Below are positions 1-9,371 of a DNA stretch of 16,822 nt, in pieces; within the stretch, counting starts at the first letter, position 1, and the number at the start of each line of letters is the position of its first letter. Under the pieces are notes generated by a model. The model was not told the DNA's origin. It worked only from the letters and a program-made list of their open reading frames with translations, and did no database searches. The stretch comes from a virus (lineage: Duplodnaviria; Heunggongvirae; Uroviricota; Caudoviricetes). The DNA lies in the IMG/VR virus record IMGVR_UViG_2585427743_000008; one strand, 5' to 3'. A program made the position numbers and the translations under genes.

Positions 1-1559
1 CAGATCAACTTTCCAGGGCAACAGATCGCGTACCCGGTTTGCCGGCCAGTCCTGGATATGTTCAATGACGTAACGCAGCCACTTTTCTGGCTCCACATTG
101 TTCAGACGGCATGTGCCGATCAGCGAGTACAACACCGCCGCATGTTCACCACCGCTGTCGGAACCCGCGAACATCCAGTTTTTCCGGCCTACGGCCACTC
201 CCCGTAAGGCGTTCTCTGCGATGTTGTTGTCGATTTCCACCCAGCCATTACTGCAGTACACGTTCAGTGCATCCCACTGTTTCAGCAGGTATGCGAACGC
301 TTTTGCCGTATCTGAGTGACGCGACAGTGTTTTCATCTGTTGCTGTATCCAGTCATACAGTGACTGCATCAGTGGCGCGGCTCTGGCTTTTCTTGCCGCC
401 AGACGCTGTTCTGCTGAACAGCCCCGGACCTCTGCCTCGATGGCATACAGTTCACCGATACGCTGCAGGGCTTCCGTGGTGATGTAGGTGGGCGCTCTTG
501 CATGCACATCGTGGATTTTTCTCCGGGCATGAGCCATACACGCGGCTTCCGTTATTCTGCCGGATTCGTATAACGCCCGGTAACCACCGTAAGCATCGGC
601 CTGAAGCACACCGCTGTAACCGGCCGGTGATTTTGTGGATGGATACCTTTCCGGTCCGGACTGTACGCGAACCAGACCGCCGGGGGCATCTGTGAACCGG
701 CGTTACGGTCATCACGGACGTAGACCCACAGCCGGGCTGTCCGGGTTTTACCGCTGCCCGGCTCCTGGACCGGGACGGGGATATCATCAGCATGGACTTT
801 ACCGGGCATCAGCACATACTGGCGCAGGACGTCATACAGCGGCTCCAGCAGTTCAGCAACAGCACCTGTCCAGCGCCCCAGTGTGGCACGGCTCAGCTCC
901 ACTCCCTGACGACGGTATATTTCTGACTGGCGGTATAACGGCAGATGGTCTGCATATTTCCCGGTGACAACATGGGCCAGAAGCCCCGCTCCGGCATAAC
1001 TGCGTGCAATGGGTTTTGAAGGTACTGGTGCCTGCACGATATGGTCGCACCGGCAACAGGCCTGTTTCGGACGTTGTGTTTCGATAACCTTAAAGGCGCT
1101 GCTGATAAGCTCCAGTTGCTCTGACACATCACATCCCAGAGAACTGAGTTCACCACCACAGGCAGGACAGCATTCCTCTTCCGGCCGGATAACCCGGGTT
1201 TCACGGGGAAGTGAGGCCGGTAACGGTTTACGGGCTGAAGACTGGCGCAGGGCGGATGGCAGTACCGGGTCATATTGCTCACCCAGCGTTTCCGCCATTT
1301 CTTCCTGAAGTGCGCTGATTCGCTCCTGTGCTTCCTGTATCTGCCGTTCGGTTTTTGCACGAAGTTTTTCTGAGCTTTTACCGAACTGCATACGTTGCAG
1401 TTTCGCAACCAGCGCCTTCAGCCGGTTGATTTCGGAAGCATAAGCCGCCACCCGCTGTGAGAGCAGGCGGTTGTATTCAGCCATCTGGCGGATGGTGTCC
1501 TGTTGCGTCTGCAACAGTGCCCGCAGGCGGGCGTTCTCATGAGCAAGTGAGGTGTCCAT
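1..1559 (-). pseudogene. IS66-family transposase TnpC, disrupted by an apparent single-base frameshift near 620-635; C-terminus lies beyond base 1
   Basis: ORF 552-1559 encodes the TnpC N-terminal region (leucine-zipper-like start, CxxC...CxxC zinc-finger-like segment ECCPACGG...CCRCDH) and ends shortly after ...[16 protein letters not shown]. The conserved continuation (...[21 protein letters not shown]...[30 protein letters not shown]...) is in a different frame from ~626 down to base 1. Confidence 0.75.
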
Positions 1560-1578
1560 ATCCTCACTTTACAACGGG

Positions 1579-1926
1579 TTATATGCGGATTCCAGCGCGT
1601 TCCGTTCGTTTCGGGTGCTTCCAGTTGATACCTTCAAGAAGCATGGATAACTGAGCCGGAGTAAGGTGCACCTTGCCGTCACGGGTGACTGGCCAGACGA
1701 AGCGGCCCCGCTCCAGGCGTTTGGTGAAGAGGCACAGTCCGTCACTGTCAGCCCACAACACTTTTATCTGGTCACCCCGGCGTCCGCGGAAGATGAACAG
1801 GTGTCCGGAGAACGGGTCATCCTTCAGGACGTTCTGAACTTTTGATGCCAGGCCGTTAAAGCCATTTCGCATATCGGTGATACCTGCAACCAGCCAGATA
1901 CGCGAACCTGCAGGGAGAGATATCAT
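1579..1926 (-). CDS. IS66-family accessory protein TnpB (Orf2)
   Basis: 115-aa ORF of typical size and position for IS66 Orf2; start overlaps the tnpA stop by one base. Confidence 0.88.
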   Translation of the reverse strand: MISLPAGSRIWLVAGITDMRNGFNGLASKVQNVLKDDPFSGHLFIFRGRRGDQIKVLWADSDGLCLFTKRLERGRFVWPVTRDGKVHLTPAQLSMLLEGINWKHPKRTERAGIRI

Positions 1927-2603
1927 CAGTGGCTGCTCCCTTTTATTTCGCGGATAAGTGTCTGTAATAACGCCGGCGTCAGTTTACCTTTAAGCCTGAG
2001 AGTTCCGGCCGGCAGAACCAGCTCACAACACAGACTGTCGGGCGGGGTATTTATCTGCTCTGGTTCCTGTGCGGGGGCCGGGATTTTATTATCCGGCTCC
2101 GGCGTTAACGTCACGGGAAGCAGTGCCGGCATATTTTTTCCGGAAGGCAGCAGGCCACCTTTCCGGTATTGATGGCGCCAGTTGAAGAGCAGGTTATCGT
2201 TGATTCCGTTTTCCCGGGCGATCTGCGCCACACAGGCTCCGGGCTGCAGTGACTGCTCCACTAAGGCGATTTTAAACTCATAAGGGAAGTTGGGCCGCCG
2301 GGGACGTTTTTTTACCACGGGGGCTTCGGATATAACGGTGCTTTCAGGACGTACGACTGGTACCGTGGAAAATTGTCCGTAAAGGCAGGCATCAAGTTCC
2401 TGCTCCGACATGCCTGCGGGCAAAGGCCACGAAAGGCCAGCTCTCCGAAAGCGCACGAACATACTACAAACAGTTGATTTTGGTACACCCAGGCGACGCC
2501 CGGCCACAACCCGGGGTAAATGTTCTTCAAAGTGAAGACGTAAAGCTTCAGTGATCCAGGTCCGGTGTTTCATACGATAGTGTCCATTAAAAATGATGGA
2601 CAT
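1926..2603 (-). CDS. IS66-family TnpA (Orf1) with an N-terminal extension carrying an extra HTH-like segment
   Basis: The C-terminal half (...FPYEFKIALVEQSLQPGACVAQIARENGINDNLLFNWRHQYRKG...) resembles the IS66 Orf1 HTH. At 225 aa it is longer than I expect for Orf1; an alternative start at MKHRTW (2573) is possible. Confidence 0.75.
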   Translation of the reverse strand: MSIIFNGHYRMKHRTWITEALRLHFEEHLPRVVAGRRLGVPKSTVCSMFVRFRRAGLSWPLPAGMSEQELDACLYGQFSTVPVVRPESTVISEAPVVKKRPRRPNFPYEFKIALVEQSLQPGACVAQIARENGINDNLLFNWRHQYRKGGLLPSGKNMPALLPVTLTPEPDNKIPAPAQEPEQINTPPDSLCCELVLPAGTLRLKGKLTPALLQTLIREIKGSSH

Positions 2604-2639
2604 TATTTTTGTAGAGCCGGAGGAAACAGACCAGACGGT

Positions 2640-3158
2640 TTAAATGAGCCGGTTACGTGTCACCTGCAAGATGTATTCATGCTCGACAGCCAGGACACGC
2701 TTCTCTTTCTTCCGTTCGTTCATTAACCGACTGCCGATCGTACCTTTCAGCTTTGAGCGTGTTTCTTTGATGGCGTAGCGGTGCTGCATTTCTTCGCCAA
2801 TTGCCATGCGGCGGCTCAGTTGTTCTGCCATCCAGTTGAATGCTGCGATATAGCTCTCCTTGATTGCCGCAGCAGCTTTCCCGGTGAACCCCATCACAAC
2901 CATGATCCAGCCATCTTTCGTCAGGCTGTACATCGGGCGAACCTTGCCCTGCTCATCGATATAATCAGCCGACGCAAAATTGCGTTGGCTAAACTCACGC
3001 GAGCAATCAGCCTTAACCTGCTCGATTTTCCTGAGAACATCACCGTGTCGCTTGCCGAAGTACTTGGCAATTTTTCTGGATGTGGTAACGACCTCTCCGT
3101 TTTTGGCTTGCACCATTTCTCGGAAGTCGAAGGCTGGAATAACTGAATGATTATTCAT
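2640..3158 (-). CDS. phage regulatory protein, Rha-like (antirepressor-type)
   Basis: Start taken at the internal MNNHSV (ATG 3158-3156), preceded by an AAGG-containing RBS; the 253-aa track ORF has an implausible N-terminal extension. The N-terminal region (VTTSRKIAKYFGKRHGDVLRKIE...MYSLTKDGWIMVVMGFTGKAA) looks like the Rha domain. The 3' end abuts the IS66 element and may be altered by it. Confidence 0.6.
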   Translation of the reverse strand: MNNHSVIPAFDFREMVQAKNGEVVTTSRKIAKYFGKRHGDVLRKIEQVKADCSREFSQRNFASADYIDEQGKVRPMYSLTKDGWIMVVMGFTGKAAAAIKESYIAAFNWMAEQLSRRMAIGEEMQHRYAIKETRSKLKGTIGSRLMNERKKEKRVLAVEHEYILQVTRNRLI

Positions 3159-3500
3159 AGCGTCTTTACCTTTTAGAAAGTGAGCCTGTCTCACAGAAAA
3201 GCCGCCCGAGAGAGGTCGCCACCTATAACGGCATTTCTCAGGCTCGCTTACTGAAAGGCTCTCGTTAATATGCGCGTGAGATGCGCTGTGAAATTCAGAT
3301 ATAAAAAGCCCCGCGAATGCGAGGCTAAATCCTGGTATTTGTAATGAACTGGCTCTTATCTCAACGCAGCCCCTTACTGCGCGCCAGATGCTCAATATCA
3401 AGCATCAGCAATGAGATGTTTAATCTGGATTTACTCCAGAAGTGATCACCACCCTGTCTACAGAGCCAGATGTGAAGGATGATGAGTAAAATTATCGCTA

Positions 3501-3968
3501 TCATCGAAGGCATTGCGTCCTAATGTATTCCTGAAGCGTTCTCAGTGCTGTTTGGTCGCGGATAATTCCGTCCCGGATATCGAGAACGTTTCGTCCAGCA
3601 ACTGGAGAGAGTTCGACGGTGGCATCATTGCCCATGCCGGAGGCGCTGGAGGTTTCGGCAGAGGATGGCACAGGGCATTTTCCTTTGACGAGCACCCTGC
3701 CACCATTATCAAGCTTCCGCAGAAGAGCATCATTTTCAGCTTTCGCATCAGCTAACTCCTTCGTGTATTTTGCATCGAGCGCAGCAACATCACGCTGACG
3801 CATCTGCATGTCAGTAATTGCCGCGTTCGCCAGCTTCAGTTCTCTGACATTTTTGTCGCGCTGGGCTTTGTAGGTAATGGCGTTATCACGGTAATGATTA
3901 ACAGCCCATGACAGGCAGACGATGATGCAGATAACCAGAGCGGAGATAATCGCGGTTACTCTGTTCAT
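3501..3968 (-). CDS. rzpD: Rz i-spanin (lambdoid lysis cassette)
   Basis: N-terminal signal-anchor followed by a coiled-coil-rich region, closely resembling lambda/phage 21 Rz ([68 protein letters not shown]...). Start ATG overlaps the endolysin stop (ATGA). Confidence 0.85.
   Translation of the reverse strand: MNRVTAIISALVICIIVCLSWAVNHYRDNAITYKAQRDKNVRELKLANAAITDMQMRQRDVAALDAKYTKELADAKAENDALLRKLDNGGRVLVKGKCPVPSSAETSSASGMGNDATVELSPVAGRNVLDIRDGIIRDQTALRTLQEYIRTQCLR
3542..3748 (-). CDS. rzoD: Rz1 o-spanin lipoprotein, embedded in the +1 frame of Rz
   Basis: 68-aa ORF wholly inside Rz in another frame, with a lipobox (VAGC) and a Pro-rich segment ([11 protein letters not shown]), the classic Rz1 signature. 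Confidence 0.75.
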   Translation of the reverse strand: MRKLKMMLFCGSLIMVAGCSSKENALCHPLPKPPAPPAWAMMPPSNSLQLLDETFSISGTELSATKQH

Positions 3969-4462
3969 TGCTGACCCCACAAACAGATTTCACGCTCAAT
4001 CTCACGACGAGTCATGAGACCTTTCCATTGCTTACCGCCAGCATATGTCCAGCGACGTAGCTGATCACATGCGCCTTTGATATCGCCCTGGTTTATTTTG
4101 CGAAGAAGCGTCGATGTTCTGAAATTGCCAGCACCCACGTTGTAAACGAATGAGTAAAGAGCGCCGCGCATTGTTTCCGGTATATCGACTTTGATGTACG
4201 GGTTAATTTGTCTGGCGACCGTGGCAAGGTCTTTATTCAGGAGGGCTTTGCATTCTGCTTTGGTATACGTTTTACCGAGCATGATGTCTTTTCCTGTATG
4301 CCCGTGACATACAGTCCATACACCAACAATATCTTTGTATGGTATGTAGCTGACACCTTCCAGACCATCGTTACCACTTGGGCCAGTAATTAACACTGAT
4401 GCTATAGCAATTGCTCCGCCACCAATAGCAGCAGCAACGGCTTTTCGTAATGATGGAGGCAT
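3965..4462 (-). CDS. rrrD: SAR endolysin (phage 21 R-like lysozyme)
   Basis: 165-aa ORF with a Gly/Ala-rich weakly hydrophobic N-terminal SAR segment ([20 protein letters not shown]) followed by a lysozyme-like domain; one-base overlap with the holin stop. Confidence 0.9.
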   Translation of the reverse strand: MPPSLRKAVAAAIGGGAIAIASVLITGPSGNDGLEGVSYIPYKDIVGVWTVCHGHTGKDIMLGKTYTKAECKALLNKDLATVARQINPYIKVDIPETMRGALYSFVYNVGAGNFRTSTLLRKINQGDIKGACDQLRRWTYAGGKQWKGLMTRREIEREICLWGQQ

Positions 4463-4677
4463 TATTCACCTCTCGCAGCCTTGCGCTTATCTTCTTTAAT
4501 CTTGAAATAAAGGTTTGTCAGGTACGTCAGCAGGCCAAATACCAGGCTACCCAGCACACCTATTGCTGCCCACTGTGAGGGCGTGACTTTATCGAGCAGC
4601 TGTAAAAACCAGTAACCGGCACTACCTGCTGAGGTGCCATAGGCGACACCCGTTGTTAACTTATCCATGGATTTCAT
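4462..4677 (-). CDS. essD: pinholin (phage 21 S-like holin) with dual-start motif
   Basis: Start taken at MKSMDKL (Met1 and Met4 dual start as in S21); two TM segments and a charged C-terminus ([13 protein letters not shown]). The track ORF starts 15 codons further upstream (4722). Confidence 0.85.
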
Positions 4678-4802
4678 AACCCCACCTCGCAGACAAAGCG
4701 GGTGTAAATTGAGGGAATACAACGTATCGCAAAAAAGCAGAAACGTAACAGACTCGGAGTCAGTGAATAACTCAGGTATTGGGTTATCAGCTAATATCGA
4801 GA

Positions 4803-4838
4803 CTCAAAAAATGGAAAAACCCGCTCGACGGCGGGTTT
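4803..4838 (-). terminator. intrinsic terminator on the minus strand upstream of the holin; candidate tR'-like element of the late region
   Basis: 8-bp GC-rich stem AAACCCGC / GCGGGTTT (4817-4824 and 4831-4838) with a 6-nt loop; on the minus strand it is followed by TTCCATTTTTTGAG. Confidence 0.5.
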
Positions 4839-5264
4839 AAGCTGTGTGACGAAGTAACCACTCTTAACAGCATAACCAATTTTTTACGTACGTAAACCAC
4901 TAAATGATATTTGCGAGAATGCTACCGAGTATTGAAAACACCACTACAAATACATAAGCAAATCTCAACAAATAACCAACAAATAATTTCCAGCGTTATT
5001 TTTAGCTGGTTTAAATTGAATCTTCAAATTATAGAGCACTTATAAATAACAGCCATTAATATAAATTGGCTAATAGATTTATTTTTATTCAGCCAAGAGC
5101 CATGAATAGGATTCGATAGAAAAAGTTCAGATAAAAATAGAGATCTACTTCACAAATCAAATGAGAAACCAAAACTTACATCTTGAAATAATCACATTGA
5201 TTAGATGAATATTTATCGCGCAGTGACATCATTTTTTAATAATAGTTCAAAAAAAGGGCTCACG

Positions 5265-6347
5265 ATGAAAAAATTAACAGTGGCAATTTCTGCTGTAGCT
5301 GCATCAGTACTGATGGCGATGTCTGCTCAGGCAGCTGAAATTTATAATAAAGACAGTAACAAGCTGGATCTGTACGGGAAAGTTAATGCTAAGCACTACT
5401 TCTCCTCTAATGATGCAGATGATGGTGATACTACTTATGCCCGTCTTGGCTTCAAAGGTGAAACCCAAATCAACGATCAACTGACTGGTTTCGGTCAGTG
5501 GGAATATGAATTCAAAGGCAACCGCGCTGAATCTCAAGGTTCCTCCAAAGATAAAACCCGTCTTGCCTTCGCTGGCCTGAAATTCGGTGACTACGGCTCC
5601 ATCGATTATGGCCGTAACTACGGTGTAGCATACGATATTGGTGCATGGACCGACGTTCTGCCAGAATTCGGTGGCGATACCTGGACCCAAACAGATGTAT
5701 TCATGACTGGTCGCACCACAGGTGTTGCAACTTATCGTAACAATGACTTCTTTGGTCTGGTTGATGGTCTGAACTTTGCTGCTCAGTATCAGGGTAAAAA
5801 TGACCGCACTGACGTAACTGAAGCTAATGGTGATGGTTTCGGTTTCTCCACTACTTATGAGTATGAAGGATTCGGTGTAGGTGCAACCTATGCTAAATCT
5901 GACCGCACTAATAATCAGGTTATCTACGGTAACAACAGCCTGAATGCATCTGGTCAAAATGCTGAAGTATGGGCAGCTGGTCTGAAATATGATGCGAACA
6001 ACATCTATCTGGCTACCACCTATTCTGAAACCCAGAACATGACTGTTTTTGGTAATAACCATATTGCCAACAAAGCACAAAACTTCGAAGCTGTTGCACA
6101 ATATCAGTTCGACTTCGGCCTGCGTCCATCCGTTGCTTACCTGCATTCTAAAGGAAAAGACTTGGGTGTTTGGGGTGATCAGGACCTGGTTGAATATGTT
6201 GATGTAGGTGCAACCTATTACTTCAACAAAAATATGTCCACTTTTGTTGACTACAAAATCAACCTGATTGATAAGAGCGATTTCACGAAAGCATCTGGCG
6301 TTGCTACCGATGATATCGTTGCTGTAGGTATGGTTTACCAGTTCTAA
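5265..6347 (+). CDS. nmpC: general bacterial porin, prophage-associated NmpC/OmpD-like
   Basis: Start taken at [23 protein letters not shown] (Sec signal, AQA cleavage), RBS AAGGG upstream; porin hallmarks include the C-terminal aromatic residue (...VYQF). The 20-codon upstream extension in the track ORF is unlikely. Confidence 0.9.
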   Translation: MKKLTVAISAVAASVLMAMSAQAAEIYNKDSNKLDLYGKVNAKHYFSSNDADDGDTTYARLGFKGETQINDQLTGFGQWEYEFKGNRAESQGSSKDKTRLAFAGLKFGDYGSIDYGRNYGVAYDIGAWTDVLPEFGGDTWTQTDVFMTGRTTGVATYRNNDFFGLVDGLNFAAQYQGKNDRTDVTEANGDGFGFSTTYEYEGFGVGATYAKSDRTNNQVIYGNNSLNASGQNAEVWAAGLKYDANNIYLATTYSETQNMTVFGNNHIANKAQNFEAVAQYQFDFGLRPSVAYLHSKGKDLGVWGDQDLVEYVDVGATYYFNKNMSTFVDYKINLIDKSDFTKASGVATDDIVAVGMVYQF

Positions 6348-6362
6348 TTTGATTACTAAAAG

Positions 6363-6445
6363 ATATGTTGTGGGGGGCTTTGCCTCCCCAACATATAAGT
6401 GGCTCCCTCAAGCCACTTCCTTTAGAAGCACAACCTTGCTTCTAA
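6363..6445. other. three consecutive stem-loops in the porin-Q intergenic region
   Basis: Hairpin A 6363-6396 (ATATGTTG...CAACATAT flanking a G-rich core), hairpin B 6397-6418 (AAGTGGCT / AGCCACTT), hairpin C 6422-6445 (TTAGAAGCA / TGCTTCTAA). Confidence 0.45.
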
Positions 6446-6483
6446 CTATACAAACCTTCTGTTATATATTACCCTTTATTTTT

Positions 6484-6518
6484 GGGGGCGTTTCAACGCC
6501 CCATTTTTAATAACTTTT
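6484..6518 (+). terminator. intrinsic terminator, plus strand
   Basis: GGGGCG-TTTCAA-CGCCCC stem-loop followed by ATTTTTAATAACTTTT. Confidence 0.5.
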
Positions 6519-6535
6519 AGTAAATAATTGGCGTA

Positions 6536-6919
6536 TTAATTAGAGTTATTAACAACGATATCCATCTCTAACCGGATATCTAATGCCATTAACATCCCTT
6601 CAATTATGCCCTCAGCCTTCTGTAACCTTTTCCCGATATAACCATCAGAGCAGCAATGCTTACCTGCCAGTGACATGAATGTCATACCGACTACATAATA
6701 ATCTACTAATAAATCGTGCAAATCGCTGTTGTTCTTTTTCAGACGGGCCATGCACCCGCAAATGATCATCGCGTCATCGTCACAACATTGCGGGCGAGAT
6801 TTTACTTTTGAAGTAATTAATCCCTTAAAACCGGCGGCAATGGACGACCAGGTCACATCTTCATGATTATTAGCCGCCCACGCTCCCCAACGCTCAAGAA
6901 CCATCTGAATATCACGCAT
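6536..6919 (-). CDS. quuD: late-gene antiterminator Q (DLP12 QuuD-like)
   Basis: Start taken at [22 protein letters not shown]... (127 aa), recalled as matching the DLP12 Q-family antiterminator; Cys-rich segment ([16 protein letters not shown]) consistent with Q zinc binding. Sits upstream of the lysis genes on the same strand. Confidence 0.75.
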   Translation of the reverse strand: MRDIQMVLERWGAWAANNHEDVTWSSIAAGFKGLITSKVKSRPQCCDDDAMIICGCMARLKKNNSDLHDLLVDYYVVGMTFMSLAGKHCCSDGYIGKRLQKAEGIIEGMLMALDIRLEMDIVVNNSN

Positions 6920-7004
6920 CAACTTACTCCACAAAAATCAGACCAGAACGCCAATTACAAGCAAAAATCAACAAAACAGTATTAGTTGATTGTTATCTCT
7001 GACT

Positions 7005-7145
7005 TCATACTCCTGCTCCTGTCAGGGTTTTGGCGTAATTCTTCAGTATTCGGTAATCGGTCAAAACAGAACCGGGGAAACGATATAAGCGCAGACGCCC
7101 CCAGCGGTGGCGAAGACGTCCTGCCATATAAAACTCAAACATCAT
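7005..7145 (-). CDS. ylcG: small prophage protein YlcG-like (46 aa)
   Basis: Below the ORF-track cutoff; found by translating the minus strand ([46 protein letters not shown]). Start ATG overlaps the rusA stop (ATGA). Confidence 0.6.
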   Translation of the reverse strand: MMFEFYMAGRLRHRWGRLRLYRFPGSVLTDYRILKNYAKTLTGAGV

Positions 7146-7504
7146 TCATTCCCCATTTCGGTGATGGTCAGTTCCAGCCTCCCACCTTTGGTAACAGGCA
7201 TCTTCACAACGCGGTAATCAACGACCTGAGCATCATCCAGCCAGAAACCTGCTTTAGTGAGTGCGTCAAAAGCGGCTTTTTGCAGATTATCCAGGTCACG
7301 GCGACGGCGATCCGGCATGTGGCACTCAATGCGGATTTTCACAGGCATAGCCAGGCCGATATCCAGCATTGCGTTTTTAATGATTCGGGCGACGTTATCG
7401 CGGTATGCCTGCCCCTCTGCGCTGACGTGCGTGCGCCCGCGATTATGGCGGTAATAGCGATTATTGCTCGGAGGCCAGGGTAATGTGATGCTGTAGGTAT
7501 TCAC
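7142..7504 (-). CDS. rusA: Holliday junction resolvase RusA
   Basis: 120-aa [49 protein letters not shown]..., recalled as essentially the DLP12 RusA sequence; ATGA coupling with ybcO. Confidence 0.9.
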   Translation of the reverse strand: MNTYSITLPWPPSNNRYYRHNRGRTHVSAEGQAYRDNVARIIKNAMLDIGLAMPVKIRIECHMPDRRRRDLDNLQKAAFDALTKAGFWLDDAQVVDYRVVKMPVTKGGRLELTITEMGNE

Positions 7505-7791
7505 GCCTTAATAACCCCCTCTTTCAGCCAGATAACCTGTGTTCTCGCCATACCTTCCAGCGCGCATTCTTTTGCATATGCAGCATCGACAAAATGAGTG
7601 CGGCGGTCGATTTCGTCGTGGCAGGCAGAACATGCAATGGTGGCAATCAGGTCTGGCGGTTTCGTACCGGTGCCGCACAATCCAGTCAGCCGGATATGTG
7701 CCAGTACAGACGTTTCAGGGTTGCCATTACATACGCCAGGGATTCTTACCTGGCATTCCCGACCACGCGCTGCTTTTCTCAAATCAGCCAT
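7501..7791 (-). CDS. ybcO: YbcO-like prophage protein (DUF1364, Cys-rich putative nuclease)
   Basis: Start taken at [15 protein letters not shown]... with a strong SD (GGAGGAG) 5 nt upstream; 8-nt overlap with ninE. Confidence 0.8.
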   Translation of the reverse strand: MADLRKAARGRECQVRIPGVCNGNPETSVLAHIRLTGLCGTGTKPPDLIATIACSACHDEIDRRTHFVDAAYAKECALEGMARTQVIWLKEGVIKA

Positions 7792-7954
7792 GACTCCTCC
7801 TTGCTGCCAGTCGCAACCATTTTTTATCAACCAGGCTGGCGGTATATCCGAGCAGTGTTGGTATTTCGGATGGCTTCAGCTCAGGTTTACGCTTACGACG
7901 ATTTGGTACTCTGTAGATGTGTCCGTTCATGACACGAATAAGCGGTGTAGCCAT
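7784..7954 (-). CDS. ninE: NinE-like prophage protein
   Basis: 56-aa product [37 protein letters not shown]... in the nin-region position; start overlaps the ybcN stop by one base. Confidence 0.75.
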   Translation of the reverse strand: MATPLIRVMNGHIYRVPNRRKRKPELKPSEIPTLLGYTASLVDKKWLRLAARRSHG

Positions 7955-8409
7955 TACGCCTCCTGCTTGTCGCGCAGCAGCTGGAACTCGCAGCTCTGTG
8001 GAATAGTCAGGTGGCAACCAATATTCATCGCCCAGGCTTCAACCTTACACAGGAAGACATACATCTCTCCGGTATCAAGATCGGAGGTATGGCGTAACGA
8101 CTGGATAGTGGTGATATCACCGGTTACGACATCAACCAGGTCTTTGGTTTCATAACCGAGATATGTGTGTTTGAGAGCATCTTTTACCCAAGCTGGAGTG
8201 GCGAACGTTTTACCCCTGCTGATGAGGTATTCACTGATTTCGCTGTACCACATGTGGCTGAGTGCATTCTGGGAAAGACTGCGTCTCTCGCACCACGGTT
8301 TAAGCACCATGCGAAAGCATTTGCCTTCCTCCAGATAAGGCTGGATCTGCTGGCCGATAGCGGTGAAGTTGCCGCGATGTAATTTGATGCCGTCTTGTGG
8401 GAGGTTCAC
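7954..8409 (-). CDS. ybcN: NinB/YbcN-like recombination-associated protein
   Basis: 151-aa ORF with a NinB-like core (...[22 protein letters not shown]...) at the head of the nin-like gene run. Confidence 0.8.
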   Translation of the reverse strand: MNLPQDGIKLHRGNFTAIGQQIQPYLEEGKCFRMVLKPWCERRSLSQNALSHMWYSEISEYLISRGKTFATPAWVKDALKHTYLGYETKDLVDVVTGDITTIQSLRHTSDLDTGEMYVFLCKVEAWAMNIGCHLTIPQSCEFQLLRDKQEA

Positions 8410-8672
8410 GCTTCACCTCCGCAGAGGTCAAACGCTAGATGCAAAGAATTGCAGGTGCATTTCTGCATCTGTGAAAGGAGAAGATAGTTTGGATTGTATG
8501 TGCGCATAAACGTCCCCGTTTAGCGCAGAAGTCACCGGAGTTGTTCAGACTCCGATTACTTAATTATGGCAAGTTGATTATCGCAAATCAAAGGTTTTAA
8601 TTGTGCTTTATTCTTTCAAGCGTTTCCTTCATACCAAAGCCTATAAAGTTTTTCTTCTTCGTTTGGGTTAAT

Positions 8673-8705
8673 GTAAGCGTCAACGGAGCACCGTATTGAC
8701 GCTTA
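8673..8705. repeat. candidate IS66-family terminal inverted repeat with internal 10-bp palindrome
   Basis: GTAAGCGTCAACGGAGCACCGTATTGACGCTTA: begins GTAAGCG, sits at the outer end of the transposase C-terminal fragment, and contains TAAGCGTCAA / TTGACGCTTA separated by 12 nt. Confidence 0.4.
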
Positions 8706-9371
8706 TTTATTGGTGAGTACTACGTTCCATGGCAGGAGTTCGTCAACACGGTTGGAGGGCCATTCCGGCAGTACGCTCAGAATATGGCGCAGATACGCTT
8801 CCGGATCGATACCGTTCAGTCGGCAGGTGCCGATCAGCCCGTACAGCAGTGCTCCACGCTCGCCGCCGTGATCGCTACCGAAGAACACGTAATTTTTCTT
8901 TCCGAGACAGACTGCACGAAGCGCTCTTTCCGCTGTGTTATTGTCCACCTCCGCCAGACCGTCATCACTGTAATAACAGAGGGCGTCCCACACAGCCTGA
9001 CGTTTGACTTCTGGTTCAAAGGGCGCAACCGGACTGGTCTTACTGGTAAATATACGTCGTCTGCCGGGATAAAGTTCATTAACCCAGCGAGCGAGCACAT
9101 CAGTGCAGGGATAACCCAGGGCTCTGCTGGTAAACGCCAGGCAGCAGCCGTGGTTAAGATAATGTTCAACGGCAACCTGTTTTTGCTCATCGGAGTAACG
9201 GTGCTTATGACGAATGGATTCTTTTGCGCCATCACCTGCTTTCCATGAACGGATCCAACGCCGCAGATTTCTTTTCGAAGGGTAGCCCGGCTCGCGTACG
9301 ACGAGAGCCAGCTTCTTACCATATTTGAAATAAAGCTCAATGGTGCGGATTTTTTCTTCCTCCGTAAACAT
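8703..9371 (-). pseudogene. chimeric ORF: IS66-family transposase C-terminal fragment (~8703-9000) fused in frame to an unrelated N-terminal double-HTH transposase-like segment (~9000-9371)
   Basis: The C-terminal ~100 aa ([89 protein letters not shown]) aligns by eye with the IS66 TnpC C-terminus seen at 1-450 but is clearly divergent. The N-terminal ~120 aa (MFTEEEKIRTIELYFKYGKK...RNLRRWIRSW...) is not IS66 TnpC-like. Confidence 0.6.

Larger units (their letters stand above)
1..2656 (-). mobile_element. IS66-family insertion sequence (tnpA-tnpB-tnpC), truncated by the left window edge; inner (tnpA-side) boundary approximate
   Basis: Three consecutive minus-strand ORFs with the IS66 organisation. 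The transposase reading frame continues to base 1 (the reverse translation of 1-90 reads ...[30 protein letters not shown], a typical IS66 TnpC C-terminal region). The exact tnpA-side terminus was not identified; placed just upstream of the tnpA start. Confidence 0.85.

Noticed and set aside
98-1654. Plus-strand ORFs 98-319, 111-482, 498-695, 635-967, 1009-1308, 1457-1654 (and minus-strand 452-793, 853-1056, 893-1408)
   Set aside because: Shadow or alternative-frame ORFs lying within the IS66 transposase gene; their translations are low-complexity, Arg/Pro/Cys-rich and lack recognisable domains.
5205-5264. 20-codon N-terminal extension of the porin ORF ([20 protein letters not shown])
   Set aside because: No RBS, and the canonical signal peptide begins at the internal MKKLTV with a good RBS; the extension is an artefact of the first in-frame ATG.
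4723-5264. Possibility of stx or other toxin cargo, or a tRNA gene, between the late terminator and the lysis cassette
   Set aside because: No ORF of appropriate size and no tRNA-like cloverleaf could be discerned; the interval looks like an AT-rich promoter/leader region for the porin gene plus the late terminator.
5304-6146. 280-aa minus-strand ORF antisense to the porin gene
   Set aside because: Fully contained antisense to a well-supported porin CDS; the translation is Ile/Thr/Val-rich with no motifs.
6986-8382. Plus-strand ORFs 6986-7483, 7257-7454, 7539-7793, 7594-7932, 7598-8155, 8167-8382
   Set aside because: Antisense to the tightly packed, translationally coupled ylcG-rusA-ybcO-ninE-ybcN run; no RBS or domain support.
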